Shown here: piece by piece, positions 41,355 to 52,283 of the stretch | How positions within the stretch are numbered: the stretch's first letter is position 1 | Layout: each line of letters opens with the position of its first letter | NCBI GenBank assembly: GCA_047946875.1 | Contig: CP181398.1 | Location: forward strand, 649,041 to 713,040 | Length of the DNA stretch: 64,000 nt | Direction of reading: 5' to 3' | Source: Candidatus Kerfeldbacteria bacterium | GTDB taxonomy: Bacteria > Patescibacteriota > Patescibacteriia > UBA10025 > JAHIVO01 | Program-made: the position numbers and the translations under genes | The notes under the pieces: generated by a model | Database searches by the model: none | Told to the model about the DNA's origin: nothing | What the model saw: only the letters and a program-made list of their open reading frames with translations

Positions 41355-41449
41355 TTATCTAATAGGTTATTAAAATTAGTTTAACATTTTGATTTTGTCA
41401 CGTTTTCCATATATACATTTATCCTACGTTTATTTTTTTTGTTATTAAT

Positions 41450-41896
41450 TCATTTATTATATAATGTTTCTGTTTTTATTTCCTGAGATCTCCGCCAAGC
41501 CATAAGGAATAATATTCCCGGCAAAGCGATGATTAACAATAAAACTAAAGGTACTATAAATTGTGCTTCTAAAGTAATGGGTTTATACATTAATAAGACT
41601 ACAATAGCTAAGCATGAAAAACTAAGATTAATTATCCCCCCTATTTTCTCATAACGCCAAGCGATCGCCAAACCTACAATAGCCAAAAACATTAAAATAG
41701 GTGGCAAGTTCTCAATGAATGGATAATCTTCTACTGCATAAGGGTCAGCTGTTCCAGTTGTCATCCAACTTATTAGATAACCGATCATCATCAAAATTGC
41801 ATAAGCAGTAAAAAAAGTAGACAAAATTCGCGCAATCAGACGAATCCGTTTCGTTGTTTTATCAGATGATTTTTGCTCTTGTTGTTTATCATCCAT
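41450..41896 (-). CDS. Membrane protein
   Basis: Four TM segments, IAWRYEKIGG. Confidence 0.8.
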   Translation of the reverse strand: MDDKQQEQKSSDKTTKRIRLIARILSTFFTAYAILMMIGYLISWMTTGTADPYAVEDYPFIENLPPILMFLAIVGLAIAWRYEKIGGIINLSFSCLAIVVLLMYKPITLEAQFIVPLVLLLIIALPGILFLMAWRRSQEIKTETLYNK

Positions 41897-41922
41897 ACGT
41901 TTATATTTGATTAATTATTTAT

Positions 41923-43512
41923 TTATCTTACTGGATTATGAATTAATACAAAATTGGTATCTTCTGTAATAGGCACAGGACCAGATCCTGTTCTCTTATA
42001 TTCTTTTTTTGCAAAAACATCTGACGAGCCAACATATTCCCAGTTTTTAATCAAATAAGCGGTTTCCGACCATTCGAAATTTGGTATGGTTGAAATTTCC
42101 GGACCGACATATTCATCTTCAAAATGAAGTTCATCAAAATCACCTAACCAGCCAAAACCAGCAAACTCACCAACACTTCCTCCCCCATAATCACAACGGT
42201 GATCATAATATGGCAAATATTCACCAGCATCAACCTCAATAATCAGAGCTACCTCGACATTACCCCCGGTAAATTTAATATCTCCAAGTCCTACATTTAA
42301 TGGAAATGTTACATTAGTAGTAGGTTCACAAATATCACCACCTAATTCCCAAGAAACTTCTGTATGTTCTCCTTTACCGACCCAGCCAGAAAAATTTTCA
42401 TTCAAAGAAATATTTGGAATAGAGCCACTCTCAATAATAATAGTGGTAAGAGCTTGCATGGTAGATTCTAGAGTCAATGAAAACTGAGCACATGATTTTA
42501 CCTGTTCTTTAATCGTATCTATATCAAGGCCTCCCCGATCATCAAGTCCTAGTAACATCGCTGCCTTGGCCCAAAAAATCATATCCTCCACCTCAGTCGG
42601 ATCACTATTAACCACGCATTCATCACTTGAAGAACTAATAGCATTCTTGATTCCCTTAGCCATAGAATCCATAGCTCTAGAATCTTCATCAGAAAACTGA
42701 TCGTCGTGACCATATATTTGTACCTGCCCTAACCATGAAAGATAATTCCGAATTGCATTTTTTAATAAATTTTCTTTAGTCTCGGCGGCAGCGAGATCTT
42801 TTTGAACACTATTATCAAACCAGTCCTGCAATACCTCAACACTTCCTTCGGAAACTGCCGTCTGTGTCTCATAATCAGATTGAGTAACCGGGTCGGAATG
42901 CAAACTACCATCTACTTCTGCATCTGAAATATCAAGTACTCCATATCCACTGAAATGAGTAATATTCATTATTACTTTACCATCTGCTACGGTCACTGGA
43001 TAAAGATGAAAATTTTCTCCATCCCCTTCATAAGTAAATCCAACCAACTTTCCCTTAGGATTTATTTGCTCAAGATTAAACGTTAATGTTGACGGTAAAA
43101 TCATTTCTGTGCCATTGGGTTGGAGATCAACTCCCGCTACCATAGAATCGTCAAATGATGAACCGGCTATGGATCTCATAGGAGTCAGATCAATTTCTTT
43201 TGACATAACGAACGAATCAGCAGGCACTGTCAGTGTAACGCCGATATCCACTACGTAACTTCCTCCTTCATCAGCATTGATAAAACTATTAACTGTTTCT
43301 GTTTCATCAACGGTTGTGGTAACTGAAACGGCTGGGGTGGCAGATTTTGATGCACTGTCAGTCGTACTGGTAGACGTAGTCTCCGATGTTATATCGTTTC
43401 CACCTTGCGTAGCAAAGTAGATGCCCGCACCTGCACCGATTACCATAATAATTACAATTATGATCAGTAGTGTTTTATTAGATTTTTTACCTTGCATCGG
43501 TTGATCTTCCAT
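41923..43512 (-). CDS. Acidic surface protein with N-terminal anchor and S/T linker
   Basis: N-terminal TM, T/S-rich linker, LQPNG...ITHFSGYG block. Confidence 0.8.
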   Translation of the reverse strand: MEDQPMQGKKSNKTLLIIIVIIMVIGAGAGIYFATQGGNDITSETTSTSTTDSASKSATPAVSVTTTVDETETVNSFINADEGGSYVVDIGVTLTVPADSFVMSKEIDLTPMRSIAGSSFDDSMVAGVDLQPNGTEMILPSTLTFNLEQINPKGKLVGFTYEGDGENFHLYPVTVADGKVIMNITHFSGYGVLDISDAEVDGSLHSDPVTQSDYETQTAVSEGSVEVLQDWFDNSVQKDLAAAETKENLLKNAIRNYLSWLGQVQIYGHDDQFSDEDSRAMDSMAKGIKNAISSSSDECVVNSDPTEVEDMIFWAKAAMLLGLDDRGGLDIDTIKEQVKSCAQFSLTLESTMQALTTIIIESGSIPNISLNENFSGWVGKGEHTEVSWELGGDICEPTTNVTFPLNVGLGDIKFTGGNVEVALIIEVDAGEYLPYYDHRCDYGGGSVGEFAGFGWLGDFDELHFEDEYVGPEISTIPNFEWSETAYLIKNWEYVGSSDVFAKKEYKRTGSGPVPITEDTNFVLIHNPVR

Positions 43513-43529
43513 ATAATTTATATTAATTA

Positions 43530-45533
43530 TTATTTACTTTCATAAATCCTAATAGAGCTATCACCAAATCCGGAAGCTATATATTTACCGTCATCAGAAA
43601 TTGTTACAGTTATAACTCCAGTTTGATTATGATCAAATTCTATACCAGCTTGGGCAGAAGGTCGATCATTAGTATGCTGTTTCTCCCATAACAAAGTTCC
43701 ATTTTTATTATACAGATGTATGTAACCACTCATATCATTTACGCCCGCAGTACCCACAACAATATACTCACCATCTGGAGTCATATCGAGAGCATTATGT
43801 CCTTGAAGTTCACCTTTCAAAGTTCGTTGCCATAAAATTTCTCCATCAGGATTAAATGCCATTACTTTTGCTCCGACCGTACCTATTACAATCATACTTC
43901 CATCTGCGCTCATATTGTCAGCCCCAGCCGTAACTACATGGTTACCAATCCTGCGACGCCAATTTAGATTACCAACCACATCATAACTGAATAACTCCCT
44001 ATTTTTACCAGCGGCATACACATTATATTCATCGTCAATTTCCAAAACCATAGGAAATTCACCAATATACTTTGTCCAAACTAATGTACCGTCAGATTTA
44101 TACAACATAGTGGTTCCCCCTGCTAAACCTACGACAATATATTTATCATCAGCTGACCAACGAGCTGCCCTTAACCAATTATCAACATTTGATCCCGCCC
44201 ATAATAATGTACCATCGGAAGTGTTTAATATGGCAAAATCAGCCTTGGTATTTTGGTCTTGATATGGACCAACCAATACTTGAGTGCCATCATTACTAAA
44301 TTCTATATCACGGGACATACCAGCACCCTCGAGCGTCCATTTTGTATTTCCGTCACTATCAACCATATAAATTGTACCTTCATGACAAGCCGCTGCAATC
44401 ATACCATCTTGAGAGACATCCATCCCCCAACACTCATCTTTGGTATCTATTCTCCAATTTTCATTCCCAGTTTTATCTACTGATATAATATGACCTGGCT
44501 GATTTAACTCAGACGGATGTCTACCTTGAACAGCAGCAAAATTAGTAAAATTATCATAAGACATTATCCACCAATATCCAAATATTCCATCTGTTTGTGT
44601 TTCCCCGATTATTTCATAATCCAAGGCCTCGACTTTAGACAAAGAAAAATCTACCGTTTCCGTATCGCCTCTATCCAAAACTATTTCATCTTGATACCCA
44701 ATTTCATAGCCATCTTTTTCAGCATAAACGAAAAAACCAAGTGTATCATAAGCTCGTTCTCTATCACCTAATAATGCTTCTACATCTTCTGATGAAGGAA
44801 CATTAATAGTATAATTTCCATTATCATCGGTACGTTCTTCAAAAACTCGTTCGCTATTGAAATAATTTGTAGATACGACTACACCCGAAAGAGGATTACC
44901 AGATTCATCGGAAATTGTTCCGTTTATAGTAGCAGTGAACGGTAATTCAACTGGGCCCCGATCTCGTCCCTGATTATTACCAACAGTGACAGTGACGGTT
45001 TCTGTTATATTTGATTCTACTATCGTAAACTTTACGTCAAAGGTAAGATTACCCTCCTTAAACGGAGCTGACATATATTCAATTGTCTCCTCAGCTCCAC
45101 CAGCAATAGCTACTGATGAATTGGTCATAGAATACAGATGCATATCCGAACCACCATCGACACTCTGTGTTATTACTGGTTCATGTAATAATGTTACCGT
45201 AGTTGAACTTGAATTCTTAGCCGAAAAATAAATATTAGTACTATTCTCCAAACCAGTAATGGTGATAGGATTATAAACAGAAATTTCTACATCTCCTATA
45301 CTGTATATTTTTATTTCCTCAACCGACGCTGTTGGCAAAGGAGCATTAAGATCGGGTGGCGGTGAAAAAATTGGCGGTTGGCCATTTGGTTCTAGACCAG
45401 GACCTGGTACAGGTTGAGAGTTATTTGTAACTGGTTTTACTTCTTCAATATCACTTGCAAAATAAAAATACCCACCAATTCCAAGGGCGAGAACAATTAA
45501 AGTAATAACTGTAATAATAGTTGTTTTATTCAT
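43530..45533 (-). CDS. Surface protein with carboxypeptidase-regulatory-like domain and beta-propeller
   Basis: GTISDESGNPLSGV..TDDNGNY; repeated DG..(L/I)W blades. Confidence 0.85.
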   Translation of the reverse strand: MNKTTIITVITLIVLALGIGGYFYFASDIEEVKPVTNNSQPVPGPGLEPNGQPPIFSPPPDLNAPLPTASVEEIKIYSIGDVEISVYNPITITGLENSTNIYFSAKNSSSTTVTLLHEPVITQSVDGGSDMHLYSMTNSSVAIAGGAEETIEYMSAPFKEGNLTFDVKFTIVESNITETVTVTVGNNQGRDRGPVELPFTATINGTISDESGNPLSGVVVSTNYFNSERVFEERTDDNGNYTINVPSSEDVEALLGDRERAYDTLGFFVYAEKDGYEIGYQDEIVLDRGDTETVDFSLSKVEALDYEIIGETQTDGIFGYWWIMSYDNFTNFAAVQGRHPSELNQPGHIISVDKTGNENWRIDTKDECWGMDVSQDGMIAAACHEGTIYMVDSDGNTKWTLEGAGMSRDIEFSNDGTQVLVGPYQDQNTKADFAILNTSDGTLLWAGSNVDNWLRAARWSADDKYIVVGLAGGTTMLYKSDGTLVWTKYIGEFPMVLEIDDEYNVYAAGKNRELFSYDVVGNLNWRRRIGNHVVTAGADNMSADGSMIVIGTVGAKVMAFNPDGEILWQRTLKGELQGHNALDMTPDGEYIVVGTAGVNDMSGYIHLYNKNGTLLWEKQHTNDRPSAQAGIEFDHNQTGVITVTISDDGKYIASGFGDSSIRIYESK

Positions 45534-45614
45534 AATATTTTTTTATTATTATATTTTTTATATATTAATCGTACCGTGATTTACATAAATAATCAAATAA
45601 ATTTGAATATTTTT

Positions 45615-46115
45615 TTATTTATCTAACTTTGGTAAACGAGATATTATTTTTTTATGAGTCTCCTCCAAACTACCCTTAGCATCAATCATAATACCAAATC
45701 TATTTCTAACCACCAATTTATATACTGCTCTAGTTGCATCCTCACCAAGAGTTTTTTTTCTTTCTTTATCTCTTCTTATACAGACATCAACTGGTACCCG
45801 CAAAGTAAATATATAGCCAGGATGTAACATATTTCTGATTAAATAATCCATAGCCTCCCGATGATAAAAACATCCATCAAAAATAACAACCTGCCCTTTT
45901 TTCAAAGCAAGTTTGGCTATTGGCATAGCAATATCTAATGCTTGGATAAATCTATCAGCTGGGACAGAAGCAGAGTCTGGATCTCTATCTAAATTATATT
46001 TAGTTAGTATATTATCCATGATTATAAGTCTAGCATTAAGAACCTGGGATAATTTCTCAGCATTTGTTGACTTCCCAGAACCCAGCGGTCCATTTATAAC
46101 AATATAATAACTCAT
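45615..46115 (-). CDS. P-loop kinase (AAA_33-like)
   Basis: GPLGSGKST, CIRRDKER. Confidence 0.85.
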   Translation of the reverse strand: MSYYIVINGPLGSGKSTNAEKLSQVLNARLIIMDNILTKYNLDRDPDSASVPADRFIQALDIAMPIAKLALKKGQVVIFDGCFYHREAMDYLIRNMLHPGYIFTLRVPVDVCIRRDKERKKTLGEDATRAVYKLVVRNRFGIMIDAKGSLEETHKKIISRLPKLDK

Positions 46116-46203
46116 ATTAATATGATAAACTTTATTTACTACTTAAACAAGGTATGTGCTTCAATTAATAATATTTGAAACCGTTTATTATTTAAATAAC
46201 ATT

Positions 46204-46334
46204 GGGGTCTGGGGTGCTTCATTAAGCCAATTCAAAAAGAGATAACTCAAATTTCTGGTTGCGCATTGAAGCCCCCAGTGTTCCTTCACTTCATTCAGGA
46301 CAAGCTTTGGTACTTTCTGGTGTCAGAAAGTACA
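46204..46334. repeat. Degenerate MITE/REP-like palindromic element
   Basis: CTGGGG...CCCCAG arms, TCAGGACAAG, GTACTTTCTG..CAGAAAGTAC hairpin. Confidence 0.5.
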
Positions 46335-46351
46335 TAAAAAACTGAATCAGA

Positions 46352-47029
46352 TTATTCCCCCTCAATAATTACAACAAACTCTCCCTTTGTTTCCCCTGCA
46401 TCTAATTTTGATTTAACTTCTTTAATATTTCCTCGATAAATAGTTTCAAACTTTTTTGTTAATTCACGACCAATTACCACTCGCCTACTATCATCTAATA
46501 ACTCGACCAGCGCATCCACTGTTTTCATAATACGATGAGTAGATTCATAAAAAATTATTGTTTGTTTTGACTCACTTATATATTTAAATAAAGTCTGGCG
46601 TCCTTTTTTATGTGGGATAAATCCCAAAAATTCAAATTTGTCAGTAGGAACTCCTGCTACCGATATCAAAGTAGTCAAAGCTGACACTCCAGGTATAGGA
46701 ATTATCTCTACTTCATCTTTCAACTCCTCAATTACTTTTTCTACCAAAACTCCTCCCGGATCAGATAAAGACGGTGTACCAGCATCAGAGACCATTGCCA
46801 AACTCTTCCCTTGTTTTAGCAACTCTATAATTTTATCTATCTTATGTAATCCGGAATGTTGATGATAACTTAATAATTCTTTTTTAATATCGTAATGATT
46901 TAATAAAATAATAGTATGTCTAGTATCTTCACATAAAATAATATCAACCTCCTTGAGAGTATTAATGGCCCGTAAAGTTATATCTTCTAAGTTACCTATA
47001 GGAGTAGCGACGATAAATAATTTGGACAT
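46352..47029 (-). CDS. rsmI: 16S rRNA (cytidine1402-2'-O)-methyltransferase
   Basis: VATPIGNLEDIT, CEDTR, VSDAGTP, RELTKKFE. Confidence 0.97.
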   Translation of the reverse strand: MSKLFIVATPIGNLEDITLRAINTLKEVDIILCEDTRHTIILLNHYDIKKELLSYHQHSGLHKIDKIIELLKQGKSLAMVSDAGTPSLSDPGGVLVEKVIEELKDEVEIIPIPGVSALTTLISVAGVPTDKFEFLGFIPHKKGRQTLFKYISESKQTIIFYESTHRIMKTVDALVELLDDSRRVVIGRELTKKFETIYRGNIKEVKSKLDAGETKGEFVVIIEGE

Positions 47030-47158
47030 ATATATAATTATACTTCAAAATAATATGTTTTTCAATAGAATATTGACACTAATATTAAATCATACTATAC
47101 TAAATTGAAAAATATATTTAATAAAAAAATTGTTCATATAAAAAGAAAGGGACGAATA

Positions 47159-47512
47159 ATGTCACAAAGCAACCAATCAGACATTACTCCTAAGAGTTTG
47201 CATGAAAAATCGAATTCAACGACTGATGAATTATTTCAGCAAGTATTAGATAAAATCAATGCTGTTTTAAAAGAATGGGATCCTCGTAAGGCAGGTAGTA
47301 GAAAAGTTGTTGTATCTTTTAAACAAAAACATGCTAACGACAAACTGGGCAATTTACTTGATGAAAGTGACAAAACCAGGATTGTCAAGCATTACAAAAA
47401 GTTAGGATTCAAGAAAGTCAAATGGACCACTGAAAGCTACAAGTATCAGGGTCAGGTTGAAAAAAATGGAACAACTTGGTGTGATTTCCATCTGACAGTC
47501 CCAAAATCCTAA
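47159..47512 (+). CDS. Hypothetical protein; cassette gene
   Basis: TTGACA-17-TATACT, AAGGGA SD, terminator 47527-47557. Confidence 0.7.
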   Translation: MSQSNQSDITPKSLHEKSNSTTDELFQQVLDKINAVLKEWDPRKAGSRKVVVSFKQKHANDKLGNLLDESDKTRIVKHYKKLGFKKVKWTTESYKYQGQVEKNGTTWCDFHLTVPKS

Positions 47513-47626
47513 AATATCTACTAACAAAGCGTCAAATATTTTATTAGACGCTTTTTTATTTGACATTATAAGTTTACTGCATTAAACTAAATTAAACAAA
47601 TTAATAGTATAAATAGGAGGTAATTT

Positions 47627-47842
47627 GTGGCCAAAGCGAATCTTTTTGTAAAAGTACGCGAAGGCGAATCTATTGAAAAATCTCTAAGACACTTTCGAAA
47701 AATGTGTGAGAAGACTAAAATATTCTCAGATATTAAAAGAAATCTTTTTTACTCTAAACCTAGCGTAATCAAAAAAGATAAAAAAAAGAGAGCCATTAAA
47801 GCTCAACAAAAATTTGTCAGAAGTGAAAAAGTAAACTACTAA
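47627..47842 (+). CDS. rpsU: 30S ribosomal protein S21; cassette gene
   Basis: VKVREGESIEKSLRHFRK...FYSKPS; TTGACA-17-TAAACT, AGGAGGT SD. Confidence 0.9.
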   Translation: MAKANLFVKVREGESIEKSLRHFRKMCEKTKIFSDIKRNLFYSKPSVIKKDKKKRAIKAQQKFVRSEKVNY

Positions 47843-47882
47843 ATCCATACAATAAACAATATGGCTTTTTTATTTTACAAAT

Positions 47883-48941
47883 TTATTCTTCCAATTTAAA
47901 TTCTTTTTCTTCTTTATTAGCAAAAAAATCTTCAGCAAATGCTTTAAATATAAGAGTAACAGGGACTGCTAATAAAATACCTACGATACCTGCTAATTTT
48001 GCACCAATAAGCATAACCACTATTACCACCAGCGGATTCATCCCAACTGTTTTTTGCATAACTTTAGGGACGAGAATAGAATTTTCAAGTTGTTGGATAA
48101 CGATATACCAAATAATCACGATCAAAGTAATCATGAACCCTCCAGTAGTCATAGAAATAAATATTGCAGGAACTGCACCAAGCAATGGTCCAAGATAAGG
48201 AATAAACTCTGTCAGACCTGCCCACAATGCCAACACCAATGCATATTTCACTCCAAGAATAGTTAAACCAAGATAGGCCAATAAAAAAATTATAAAACTC
48301 AAAATCAGCTGACCCTTCAACCAAAGTCGTAATTTTTCTTGAGACCTATTCACCAGTTGAAAAACATATGGCTGATATTTGGTTGGTGTCAGAGAACGAA
48401 TAAATTTCTTCACAGCATGCTCTTCCAAAATCATATAGAAAGTAATTACGATAACTCCAAGGAATGAGAAAAGACCGCCAAAGACACTTGCTGCTGCTCC
48501 AAAAATTCCAGATGCTGTCTGTGAAAGATTATTTTGCAATGAATCCAAAGTAGAATTTAGTGAATCTAATAAATTTTGTTGCAGTGAAAATTCTCTAAAT
48601 TGCTCAAAATCATTTACTACCCGATTATAATACTCGGGAAAATTATGTGCGATATCACCTATCTGTGTAGCAATAGGAGGAATCATTAAAATAAATATTA
48701 AAATAAATGATCCAAAAAATGCTAAATAAATAAATATTGTAGCCAAAATTCTGGGCACTCTACGTCTTTGCAATGCATTGACCCATGGATTCAAAGCGCT
48801 AGCTAAAACAACTGAAACTAATAAAATCATCAGCACATCCCGTAATGTATAAATCAAACCAATTGCTAATAAAATCAATAAAAATTTTACAAGTGTATTA
48901 GTCGAAATATTTATAGTCATTTGACCTTTTGCTTCTGCCAT
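47883..48941 (-). CDS. AI-2E family transporter
   Basis: WLKGQL, FIPYLGP, QQLENSILVPKVM, GILLAVP. Confidence 0.93.
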   Translation of the reverse strand: MAEAKGQMTINISTNTLVKFLLILLAIGLIYTLRDVLMILLVSVVLASALNPWVNALQRRRVPRILATIFIYLAFFGSFILIFILMIPPIATQIGDIAHNFPEYYNRVVNDFEQFREFSLQQNLLDSLNSTLDSLQNNLSQTASGIFGAAASVFGGLFSFLGVIVITFYMILEEHAVKKFIRSLTPTKYQPYVFQLVNRSQEKLRLWLKGQLILSFIIFLLAYLGLTILGVKYALVLALWAGLTEFIPYLGPLLGAVPAIFISMTTGGFMITLIVIIWYIVIQQLENSILVPKVMQKTVGMNPLVVIVVMLIGAKLAGIVGILLAVPVTLIFKAFAEDFFANKEEKEFKLEE

Positions 48942-48985
48942 AATATATTACACATTTTATAATTACTTTTAGTATACCCTATCTC

Positions 48986-50251
48986 TTAGAGCTTTAAAAG
49001 TCCCTTAAATTCTGAATTATTTTTATACGGTCCAATCAATGATAGATTAATTCTATTTGTTTTAATCAATTCATTGGCAACTTTACTTACATCCTGAACT
49101 GTAACTTTTTCTAACTTTTTAACTAGCTCTGCGGGAGTAATTATCTTATTCTCCAATAATTCCTGCCTACTCAACCAAGAAGCAACACTATCAGACGCTT
49201 CTAGCTGGAGAGTTAGTTTACCTTCCAAATAATCCTTAGCTTTGCATAATTCATTTTTAGTAACACCAGATTGTTTCAGTTTCTTTAATTCTTTCAAAAT
49301 TTCTGTAATAGCTGGTGATAAACGTGATTTATCTAAACCTGCTTGTATCATTAAAGTACCAGTATCTTGGTAAAGATTAACAGATGAACGGATAAAATAA
49401 CACAAACCTTTTCTTTCTCGAATAGTTGTAAATAAACGTGAACTCATATTACCACCCAAGATCACACTTAGTAAATAAAGAGGGTAAATTTTATTGCTAG
49501 TGAATGAGTATGCAGGGAAGCCAAGAGCAAGTTGCGCTTGTTCCGTGTCCTTATATTTAATCTTAATCTGAGGCTTTGTTTGTTTAATTGAAATTTTTCT
49601 ATAATTACCCAGCTTATCTTTTTTTGTATTATTACTAAAATATTTTTTTACCAGGTCAATTGTCTTATTGTCTATCCTGCCAGCTACTGCCACAAGCATA
49701 TTTTTTGGTTGATAATATTTTTTGTAATAAGAATACAATTTAGCTCTACTAACTTTTTTAATAACTTCCTTAGGTCCTGCTATATTCCATCCAAGTGGAT
49801 GATCTCCATATACTGTCTGCTCAAAAAGATCTTCCATATACATCATTGGATTATCTTCATACATATTTATCTCCTCGACTATTACTCCACGTTCTCTGTT
49901 CATCTCGTCAGCTTCAAATTTGGAATTAAATAACATATCAGACAACATTTCCAAAGCTAACTCTGCCTTATCTGCTCTTGTCTTAATATAATATCCAGTA
50001 TGATCTTTAGAAGTAAAAGCGTTATAATCTGCTCCAATACCATCCAACTCCTTAGAGATATGCTTAGTTGTTGGTCTTTTTTTAGTTCCTTTGAACATTA
50101 GATGCTCTACAAAATGCGAAGCCCCATTAATATCTTTAGTCTCATATCTAGAACCGACTTTTGTTAAAACTAGCACTGTTACAGCTTTTGTATCTGCCAT
50201 CGGCGCTAATAATACTCTTAAACCATTATTTAATTTTTGTTGTTTGAACAT
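48986..50251 (-). CDS. M16 (pitrilysin) family peptidase
   Basis: HFVEHLMFKGT, NAFT, SSRLF..IRE..GLCY. Confidence 0.95.
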   Translation of the reverse strand: MFKQQKLNNGLRVLLAPMADTKAVTVLVLTKVGSRYETKDINGASHFVEHLMFKGTKKRPTTKHISKELDGIGADYNAFTSKDHTGYYIKTRADKAELALEMLSDMLFNSKFEADEMNRERGVIVEEINMYEDNPMMYMEDLFEQTVYGDHPLGWNIAGPKEVIKKVSRAKLYSYYKKYYQPKNMLVAVAGRIDNKTIDLVKKYFSNNTKKDKLGNYRKISIKQTKPQIKIKYKDTEQAQLALGFPAYSFTSNKIYPLYLLSVILGGNMSSRLFTTIRERKGLCYFIRSSVNLYQDTGTLMIQAGLDKSRLSPAITEILKELKKLKQSGVTKNELCKAKDYLEGKLTLQLEASDSVASWLSRQELLENKIITPAELVKKLEKVTVQDVSKVANELIKTNRINLSLIGPYKNNSEFKGLLKL

Positions 50252-50265
50252 TATTATATCTTTCG

Positions 50266-50601
50266 TTAATTATTTTTTATTATTTTTTTTGTGACAGCAT
50301 CCTGGAATATACGGAAAGCTTTACGCTTTTCTTTATCATAGATATAAGGCATTCCCATAATAAAACCACATTTATTGCATTTCAGTGGTGATATTTTTTT
50401 AATATCTTTCTTATGTAATTCTACAAGACTACTTGGGCTGAAAATACGATCCATATATAAACGGCGCAAATTGCCTGGACCATCTTTTTGATAAACAAGA
50501 ATCTTATTGTTACATTTTTGACAACTTATATCCAAAAGTCTTGAATACCCTCCTCTTGAACTTTTATATTTATCCTTTTTAATTTTTAATATTTTTTCCA
50601 T
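50266..50601 (-). CDS. Hypothetical Zn-binding protein
   Basis: CQKC..YQKDGPGNLRRLYMDRI..CNKC. Confidence 0.8.
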   Translation of the reverse strand: MEKILKIKKDKYKSSRGGYSRLLDISCQKCNNKILVYQKDGPGNLRRLYMDRIFSPSSLVELHKKDIKKISPLKCNKCGFIMGMPYIYDKEKRKAFRIFQDAVTKKIIKNN

Positions 50602-50790
50602 TTTTTAATACAAAATATTCATAAATATACATTGAATCTTCATTACCATGAGTCTTAGCTATCTTAGTAAAAAAATCCGAAACTAGTTTACTATTAGTCT
50701 ATTGGTCAACTCAAACTTCTAAGTCAACCAAATTAACTATAGCACAATGGATAAATATTATACATTACACAAAATTAAATAAAAAAAAGC

Positions 50791-51168
50791 CTAACTTATG
50801 GTTAGGCTTATGACAGAGTTATTGGAATTGAAGAACCAATTCCTGAAACTGTAGACCCAAGAGTCTAATTTACGCTTAATAAGTTTCAATCTGTCCAACT
50901 GACGAGAAATCCTAAAAGCGGTTCTCATCTTCAATCTGGACGGTCCATAGTCAGGACTGACATAGGGAATATTAAATCCATGAATAGACATTCCATTGAA
51001 ATGTCCACAAGGACAGATATACCCCGGACCGCCACCCAAAACATTGGCTGTTTTTTTGCAGTGGTGACACCTTGTTGCGGTGAAACCGTTGAAATTAGCC
51101 CAATGCTGGCAAGCATCGACAATGTCCCTGATTGTGAAACCCATCTGTTCGGGTGTGGTATGAGGCAT
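50791..51168 (-). CDS. Hypothetical Zn-ribbon protein; cassette gene
   Basis: CHHC..CPCGH; TTGACA-17-TAATAT, AAGGGG SD, terminator 50781-50808. Confidence 0.7.
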   Translation of the reverse strand: MPHTTPEQMGFTIRDIVDACQHWANFNGFTATRCHHCKKTANVLGGGPGYICPCGHFNGMSIHGFNIPYVSPDYGPSRLKMRTAFRISRQLDRLKLIKRKLDSWVYSFRNWFFNSNNSVISLTIS

Positions 51169-51337
51169 AAAAACCCCTTTCTGTATTTACAATCAATACT
51201 TTTTTACCATATTTGAAAGGACAAAACGAACTAGGAATATTATCATGCTTTTATACATTTGTCAAGATTACAAGCTAAATAAATATTCAAAAATTCAATA
51301 AAAAAATCGTCCTATTTATTAGAACGATTTTTACTGC

Positions 51338-51694
51338 TTACTCTGTTAATGAACTTTCAATGAAGTTAAGCTCCCCGATTTCACCGAATGCTTTGGCAAG
51401 TACCTCGCGAATTTTGGGATCAATCACCTCCCAACTGGCATTGTCGTTTATAAAAACGGTGTAGTTGGGACTCGCAAACGTAATCATTCCAACGCCATCA
51501 ATCTGCTGCAATTGAGCAACAATATTATGTTTGGGTTCGTCTCCGGGAGTCTCCATACCCAAATCATTTGATAAAGCAGAGCCTATGAAAGAATCCATAG
51601 TGTCCATAAATGCTTCTTCAGCTATTTTATCATCAAGCTGGTACACTCTTTGGTCGGGCATCTTCGGATCTGCATATACTATCAACTTATCCAT
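51338..51694 (-). CDS. Nfu/NifU N-terminal-domain-like protein; cassette gene
   Basis: VAQLQQIDGV..ITF...TV...ASWEVIDPKI; AGGAG SD; terminator 51300-51332. Confidence 0.65.
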   Translation of the reverse strand: MDKLIVYADPKMPDQRVYQLDDKIAEEAFMDTMDSFIGSALSNDLGMETPGDEPKHNIVAQLQQIDGVGMITFASPNYTVFINDNASWEVIDPKIREVLAKAFGEIGELNFIESSLTE

Positions 51695-51847
51695 TAAATC
51701 ATCTCCTATTTCAAAGTACATAACTTTTTATACAGTTTGGGGCTTTTCAATACAAAAGTCAACCCTCTTTAAACTTTTGATTAATCCATCCTTACCAAAT
51801 ACAATTTGTTTAGTTTCCTTGGTGCTTGGCAACTTAATTTAATTTTT

Positions 51848-52282
51848 TTATAACTCTAAAGCCATTTCATTCTCCTTCTTCTTGTAACCGTATTTTTCAT
51901 AAAATTTAATATTATCATCTGAACAATTCAGTACTATACGATAGCAATCTTCTTTTTTCGCCACCTTTTTTGCTTTTTCTATCAAAGCACCACCGATACC
52001 ATTCCCTTCAAAACCTTCTCTTACTACAACATCCTCAATATGACCAAGTTTACCAAATTCATGAATAAATTTTCTTTCAATAAGTAATGTGGTTAAACCG
52101 ATTACTTGTTCATCTTCATTGATTGCTACAAATATTCGATGATTTTTATTCTTCTGAATATGTTTAAAAGCTTTCCTGCCTTTTTTAATATTCTTTTTTA
52201 CAGTCTTTGATAAGTTATTTAAAGTAGTAAAAAATTCTGATGTTATATTTTTTTTTGAAAATTCCTTAATTTTATATTTCAT
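51848..52282 (-). CDS. GNAT acetyltransferase (GNA1-like)
   Basis: KFIH..GHIEDVVV, GNGIG, CYRIVLNC, FYEK. Confidence 0.9.
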   Translation of the reverse strand: MKYKIKEFSKKNITSEFFTTLNNLSKTVKKNIKKGRKAFKHIQKNKNHRIFVAINEDEQVIGLTTLLIERKFIHEFGKLGHIEDVVVREGFEGNGIGGALIEKAKKVAKKEDCYRIVLNCSDDNIKFYEKYGYKKKENEMALEL

Positions 52283-52283
52283 A

